NCBI GenBank assembly: GCA_038141355.1
Contig: JAYQHX010000002.1
Location: 165,073-229,072, forward strand
DNA from: Methanobacteriota archaeon
Lineage (GTDB): Archaea; Thermoplasmatota; Poseidoniia; Poseidoniales; Poseidoniaceae
Length of the DNA: 64,000 nt
Direction of reading: 5' to 3'
The position numbers were made by a program, and so were the translations under genes. The notes under the pieces are model-generated. The model did not search any database. It was not told where the DNA came from and saw only the letters and a program-made list of their open reading frames with translations. How positions within the stretch are numbered: position 1 is the stretch's first letter; each line of letters starts with the position of its first letter. Shown in pieces: positions 59,877 to 64,000 of the stretch.

Positions 59877-61919
59877 GTGGTATTAATCGATTCTGCTGAA
59901 GCAGGGATATGGACTGTAAAAGTCACAGATTCTCAACATTCTGGAACCAAAGCACAACCTTATGCAATTGCAGTTTCAGGAATCGGGGTAAATGATTTGC
60001 GTCCTGACCCCGCACCTATTTTGACCTCATTTTCAACCGATATAGCAATTCCTCAGGTTGGAGATGACGTTCTGGTTGAGATGGAAATTTCCAATTTAGG
60101 GAATGTTGAGGCAGAAAATGTCGAGGTTCAATTCCAAGAAGAAGGTCAGGTAATCGATACTCAAACCTTCGATTTGGGACCAGGAGGGTCTAGAATTCTG
60201 TTCTGGGATTGGCAACCTCAAGTTGCAGGTGCCAGAACTCTAAGTTTCGTTGTAGATAGAAATGACTTAATTGATGAAATTAACGAAGCTAATAATCAAC
60301 TCGACATAATAGTGAATGTCACAACACCAGGGGTTCGAATAGAATCTGACCAATCACAAATTGTGCTGACAAATATCAATGCAACATCTTCTTCATGGCA
60401 AATAGAATTAACGAATACCGCTCTGCTTTCAACGAATGCTACTATTACTTCTGTAAATGTTCAAAATCCTGACGGAGATGTTGTGCCATGGTATGTCGGT
60501 TTTGACATAGTTGATTTTCAATTGAATGGGCAACAAAGCGCTTCAATCAATGTAACTCTGGTTCATCCACAAGGTCCCGACCCTGGACTTTACAGCATCA
60601 ACTTGCTAGGCATTGATGAAGATAACAGTGTTTCAAGTCCCTATTCTTTAATCTTGGATGTACCAATACTCTCGATGACAAGAATTGAGTTTGATTATAC
60701 CAAGATACCAGTTCATCCTCAATCAACTACGACAGTGGATGTTAGATTATACAATCTAGGTAATGACAATCTTGGGTATGACGTATTTTTAACCCCTCCT
60801 CCTGGATGGTATGCAGGTTTTGACGATCTTTCTGCACAGGGTGGTGCAAATTCAGCATCTACAGGTTTGATGTTGGAAGATGACATGATTAACATGAAAA
60901 TTTCATTCACTCCACCAAGTGTAATGACTTTGGCTAGTACCGAACTTACAGTAGTATTGCAAGTTATCTCTCAGACGGAAGAGAATCGTATGTTTGAATA
61001 TGATTTACCAATAATAGTTATTCCAGTAGCCAATTTAACTTTAGATCTAGAAACCACTATTGGCACAATCTTGCCAGATAGCACATTTTCTTTACAATAT
61101 ACTCTTGAAAATCGAGGTAATATCGACTTGAATCTTCAGCCAAGATTACAATTACCACTTGGATGGATTCAAAATACACAAATAGATGAAATCAATCTGT
61201 CGTGGACAGATTCACTAAATTTACAGGTATCGGTAACAGCAACAAGAGAAGCAAAATCTGGAAAGATAGACTTCATACTAGACAATACTCAATTCACTTG
61301 GATTAATTCAGTTAATGTCTCCATTGTGAAATTGCCAGATCCAACTCTTACTTTCGCCAGCGTTGAGATAGGTGAAGAGACATGGTCGAATATCTTCGGG
61401 TCAGGCAAGCATCCATCCGGTGTTCCGATTAATTATACATGGTTGGTAGAAAATAGAGGAGAATCTGCTTGGGAGGCTGATGTAATTTTGTCACTTGGCC
61501 AAGATTTGTTTGGGGATTGTGAAAGCCTACCATCTATTGGTATTGGTGAGATTGTGCCATTGAAATGTACAATTCTTATTTCAGCCACAGCAGCTCCGAT
61601 GTCGGAACCTAGTTTCGGTATTCTTCTCGAGGATGATTTTGTTTCAATCAACCGAACAATTTCGATGCTCGTCGCAGAAACAAAGGAAGTTTCATGGAAG
61701 GTATTAGCCCCTGCTAAAATTGAAACAGGCCAGCCAGATGGAATTCAAATTACCATAACAAATCTAGGTAATGTAAGGCTGACAAGCGCAATTAATATCT
61801 TACCTCCAAGCGGTTGGACTGTCAAATTCGATGGATTAGATTCTATTGATATTGAAGCAGGGCAATCGCAAATAGTTAGGTTTGAAGTGACTGCAAAAAC
61901 CCCGGAACTGAAAAAATAA
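59877..61919 (+). CDS. same protease, C-terminal fragment with CARDB-like repeats
   Basis: The frame is open from 59781 and reads VTTPSGVEYKGNEF…NNVEVVLIDSAEAGIWTVKV…QPYAIAVSG, the expected continuation of S8 P-domain-type proteases. A CARDB-like module follows (DLRPD…GDDVLVEMEISNLGNVEAENV…NEANN), then further Ig-like repeats. Confidence 0.8.
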   Translation: MVLIDSAEAGIWTVKVTDSQHSGTKAQPYAIAVSGIGVNDLRPDPAPILTSFSTDIAIPQVGDDVLVEMEISNLGNVEAENVEVQFQEEGQVIDTQTFDLGPGGSRILFWDWQPQVAGARTLSFVVDRNDLIDEINEANNQLDIIVNVTTPGVRIESDQSQIVLTNINATSSSWQIELTNTALLSTNATITSVNVQNPDGDVVPWYVGFDIVDFQLNGQQSASINVTLVHPQGPDPGLYSINLLGIDEDNSVSSPYSLILDVPILSMTRIEFDYTKIPVHPQSTTTVDVRLYNLGNDNLGYDVFLTPPPGWYAGFDDLSAQGGANSASTGLMLEDDMINMKISFTPPSVMTLASTELTVVLQVISQTEENRMFEYDLPIIVIPVANLTLDLETTIGTILPDSTFSLQYTLENRGNIDLNLQPRLQLPLGWIQNTQIDEINLSWTDSLNLQVSVTATREAKSGKIDFILDNTQFTWINSVNVSIVKLPDPTLTFASVEIGEETWSNIFGSGKHPSGVPINYTWLVENRGESAWEADVILSLGQDLFGDCESLPSIGIGEIVPLKCTILISATAAPMSEPSFGILLEDDFVSINRTISMLVAETKEVSWKVLAPAKIETGQPDGIQITITNLGNVRLTSAINILPPSGWTVKFDGLDSIDIEAGQSQIVRFEVTAKTPELKK

Positions 61920-62302
61920 TGATATCTTTGTCCGATGAAGGCATCATTAACCCCAGTACAGATATTGAAATCACTAGCGAGGGTGATGTTGTTCTAGATG
62001 AGAAATCTAATATCAATCTGTTGATTATGTCTGGAATTAGTGTACTTATTCTACTATTTGCTGCAATTGCTATCTTCAAATCTCGTTCAAAAAGGCAGGC
62101 GTTTGAATTGCCAAAAACTCAAATTTCGCCGACAGCCGTAGCCCCGGCTGTGGCAGCAATACAGTGTTTTTCTTGCAGATTGGCTATAGAAGGCCCTATG
62201 TTGGGGTGCTCTAGTTGCGGTGCTCGCTACCATTTGGCTTGCAGTGTGGCGAATTGTGTACATTGTAACGCAGATAAATCAGCAATAATAAACGCTGCCT
62301 AG
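61919..62302 (+). CDS. TM helix plus Cys/His finger protein (possibly the true C-terminus of the protease)
   Basis: 127 aa with TM helix LLIMSGISVLILLFAAIAIF, then CFSC-x10-CSSC-x4-H-x2-C-x4-C-x2-C. The ATG overlaps the protease stop after an A6 run (61911-61916). One extra A would fuse the two frames. Confidence 0.5.
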   Translation: MISLSDEGIINPSTDIEITSEGDVVLDEKSNINLLIMSGISVLILLFAAIAIFKSRSKRQAFELPKTQISPTAVAPAVAAIQCFSCRLAIEGPMLGCSSCGARYHLACSVANCVHCNADKSAIINAA

Positions 62303-62329
62303 ACTGAAACAAACAGACATAGGCTTTTC

Positions 62330-64000
62330 ATGGGAGTACCCCGACCGGGGTTCATGGAACCCCGCCAAAGACACCTGAGAGGCGAGAAAAAATGGTCTAG
62401 CATTTTGTTAGTTTCATTACTCATGATTTCTTTAATCCCAGCAATCGCTAATCCGGTCGCTGCAGATGATGAAGGTAGGGCAATTAGTGTATCAATGTCA
62501 ATTAATCCAAGCGCTCAAACTGTAAACCCTGGAGAGACAGCGGAATACACGATTATCATTCAAAATATGGGATCTGATCCTGTCACAGTTCAATTAGCAG
62601 CAAATAATGATGCAGAGTGTACTGGATATTCAGCTGCTGTTGGACAAATAGCTGGACCAATTGATTCGGGTTCAAGTGAAGAAACATGGTTGAATGTCAC
62701 CTTATCTCAAACAGCAGAAGATTCGTGTGTCACTACTGTGACTGCTACGATTACGGAACAGGTCACTCCACCTACTCAGCCAGAACAAAAAGAAGCTACT
62801 GCTACGACGACTGCTGGAGATGGTTCAGGTTCTACTCTGTTCGGAGTGGATTTGATTCGAGACGGGCCAGTAAACAGAAATTGGAACGGTGAATCAACAA
62901 TCGTCTGGGATGTTGAAGTTGAAAACACAGGCCGCGTGCAAGAAACGGTTGACTTAACTGTAAACACCCGTTCCGGCGCAGGCTGTAATCAAGATGGCAC
63001 ATTCACAATTGATGTGGACCCTTCACAAGTCACAATCGATAATGGTTCATCGGAATGGGTCACTGTGACGCTCGAAGTTCCCGATGGAAAGTCCGCAAAG
63101 AAGTATTGTTGGGAGGTCACAGGTGTAGTGACAAATGACCAAAATCCAAATGGTAGCGCAGAAGACACCGAAGATATCAGTCTAACAATACCCGAACTAA
63201 AGAAATGTGATGTTGAATTGTCAAAAACAAGCATGAGCATCAAGCCGGACGAAACAGGAACCCTGGTTGCAACATTCCTCAACGAAGGTAATACTGCTTG
63301 GTCTGTAAATGTTGGGTTCAATGGTACGCCTGCAGGCTGGTCTGCTTCCGTTGATGGAAGTACATCTGGAAATTTGGCAATAGATGGTGAGAGAGAATTC
63401 ACCATTGACATTACTCCAACAGATTCAATTGAAGCAAATACTCAACGCAGTTTCTTCATTGAAGGTAAAGATGGAAACATGTGGAAATGCCGCTCGAGTA
63501 TATCGATCACCGTTGGACAATCTCGCGGCGCTACAATGTCACTTGGAAACACTGCATTATACGATGTAATTCCGGGTCAAAGTGAGACTACAACATTGTC
63601 AGTGACGAATCAAGGAAACGGACAAGATACATTCAGGGTTTCTTCGTCATCTCCTCCAACCGGTTGGGCCGTTTCTTTTGAGAGTACAACGATTACAACT
63701 GGTTCAAAACATAGCAATGAAAAAACTGGGACAATAGAAGTAACGATTTCATTGCCGGCTGATGCCCTAGCTATAGATGAAGAAGTACTGACTTTCTCTG
63801 TATATCCGACCTCAGGAGGAGGCGCATACGATACTGCTGAATTAACGATAACAGTTAGAGCAGTACATGGCATGACTGGATCTGCTAGCGCTGATGAGCA
63901 GGTAGGCAGCTCGCAATCAGAAGTTGAATTCCCAATCACAGTAAATAACGAAGGAAATACCATTGACCAGTTTAGATTTTCAGTAATTTCTCAAACAGCT
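62330..64000 (+). CDS. exported protein built from repeated CARDB/NEW3-like beta modules, 5' part (runs off the window end)
   Basis: The frame is open from the stop at 62300-62302 to base 64000 and is missing from the track only because it has no stop. Candidate starts are the ATGs at 62330 and 62354. The signal peptide is KKWSSILLVSLLMISLIPAIANPVAA. Repeated motifs are NPGETAEYTIIIQNMGSDPV, DETGTLVATFLNEGNTAW, PGQSETTTLSVTNQGNGQDTF and EVEFPITVNNEGNTIDQF. Confidence 0.65.
   Translation, partial: MGVPRPGFMEPRQRHLRGEKKWSSILLVSLLMISLIPAIANPVAADDEGRAISVSMSINPSAQTVNPGETAEYTIIIQNMGSDPVTVQLAANNDAECTGYSAAVGQIAGPIDSGSSEETWLNVTLSQTAEDSCVTTVTATITEQVTPPTQPEQKEATATTTAGDGSGSTLFGVDLIRDGPVNRNWNGESTIVWDVEVENTGRVQETVDLTVNTRSGAGCNQDGTFTIDVDPSQVTIDNGSSEWVTVTLEVPDGKSAKKYCWEVTGVVTNDQNPNGSAEDTEDISLTIPELKKCDVELSKTSMSIKPDETGTLVATFLNEGNTAWSVNVGFNGTPAGWSASVDGSTSGNLAIDGEREFTIDITPTDSIEANTQRSFFIEGKDGNMWKCRSSISITVGQSRGATMSLGNTALYDVIPGQSETTTLSVTNQGNGQDTFRVSSSSPPTGWAVSFESTTITTGSKHSNEKTGTIEVTISLPADALAIDEEVLTFSVYPTSGGGAYDTAELTITVRAVHGMTGSASADEQVGSSQSEVEFPITVNNEGNTIDQFRFSVISQTA

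Noticed and set aside
62989-63963. Minus-strand ORFs 62989..63411 and 63610..63963
   Set aside because: They lie antisense to a long + strand frame that is open from 62303 to the window end. That frame has a signal peptide and repeated domain motifs, whereas these translations are Ser/Val-rich shadows.

Overview
This window reads as a 64-kb chromosomal segment of a fairly AT-rich archaeon. No search tools were available, so products were assigned from motifs read in the ORF translations and recalled from known families. Domain names and taxonomy are therefore inferences.

Evidence for an archaeal origin:
- Archaeal-type ribosomal proteins L21e, L15e, L1, P0 and P1.
- Rpo4/RpoF, Spt5, SecE, Pus10 and FtsZ.
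- An intron-containing tRNA-Tyr with a C1:G72 acceptor pair.
- GAGGTGA Shine-Dalgarno boxes 4-7 nt upstream of many starts.

The mix of housekeeping operons, bacterial-type accessory genes and very large exported proteins fits a planktonic, protein-degrading euryarchaeote such as Marine Group II. That placement cannot be verified here.

Two conserved archaeal gene strings are present:
- L21e-RpoF-DUF655-KsgA at 11.5-13.6 kb.
- SecE-Spt5-L11-L1-P0-P1 at 20.5-24.2 kb.

Other confident calls are KatG, XseA/XseB, CorA, an MMPL/RND exporter, a DnaJ/CbpA-like chaperone, PMM/PGM, RidA, Nudix, UppS, MscS, an M14 carboxypeptidase, an NSS symporter, HisRS, FtsZ, a SpoU methyltransferase, RNase Z, tRNA-Leu(UAG) and tRNA-Tyr(GUA).

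No rRNA, CRISPR array, transposase or integrase was recognised.

Main points from the hunt:
1. At least ten otherwise conserved ORFs are split by single-base frame changes. They include xseA, ksgA, a DUF354 gene, an S8 protease and a large glycoprotein. Most splits sit at short homopolymers.
2. The L11 gene in the conserved cluster encodes only the C-terminal rRNA-binding domain.
3. Spt5 carries a roughly 135-aa degenerate Nudix-like N-terminal domain.
4. Pus10 carries a SAP-like insertion.
5. An AT-rich, gene-poor segment with decayed ORFs lies next to tRNA-Tyr.
6. A glycoprotein has tandem (G-N-N-T-G)n sequon arrays.
7. A tightly packed array of more than 13 kb (50.3-64 kb) encodes giant exported proteins. 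It includes a PKD protein, a 1545-aa orphan, an S8 protease with CARDB-like repeats, and zinc-finger-tailed membrane proteins. This is the best candidate here for an undescribed envelope system.
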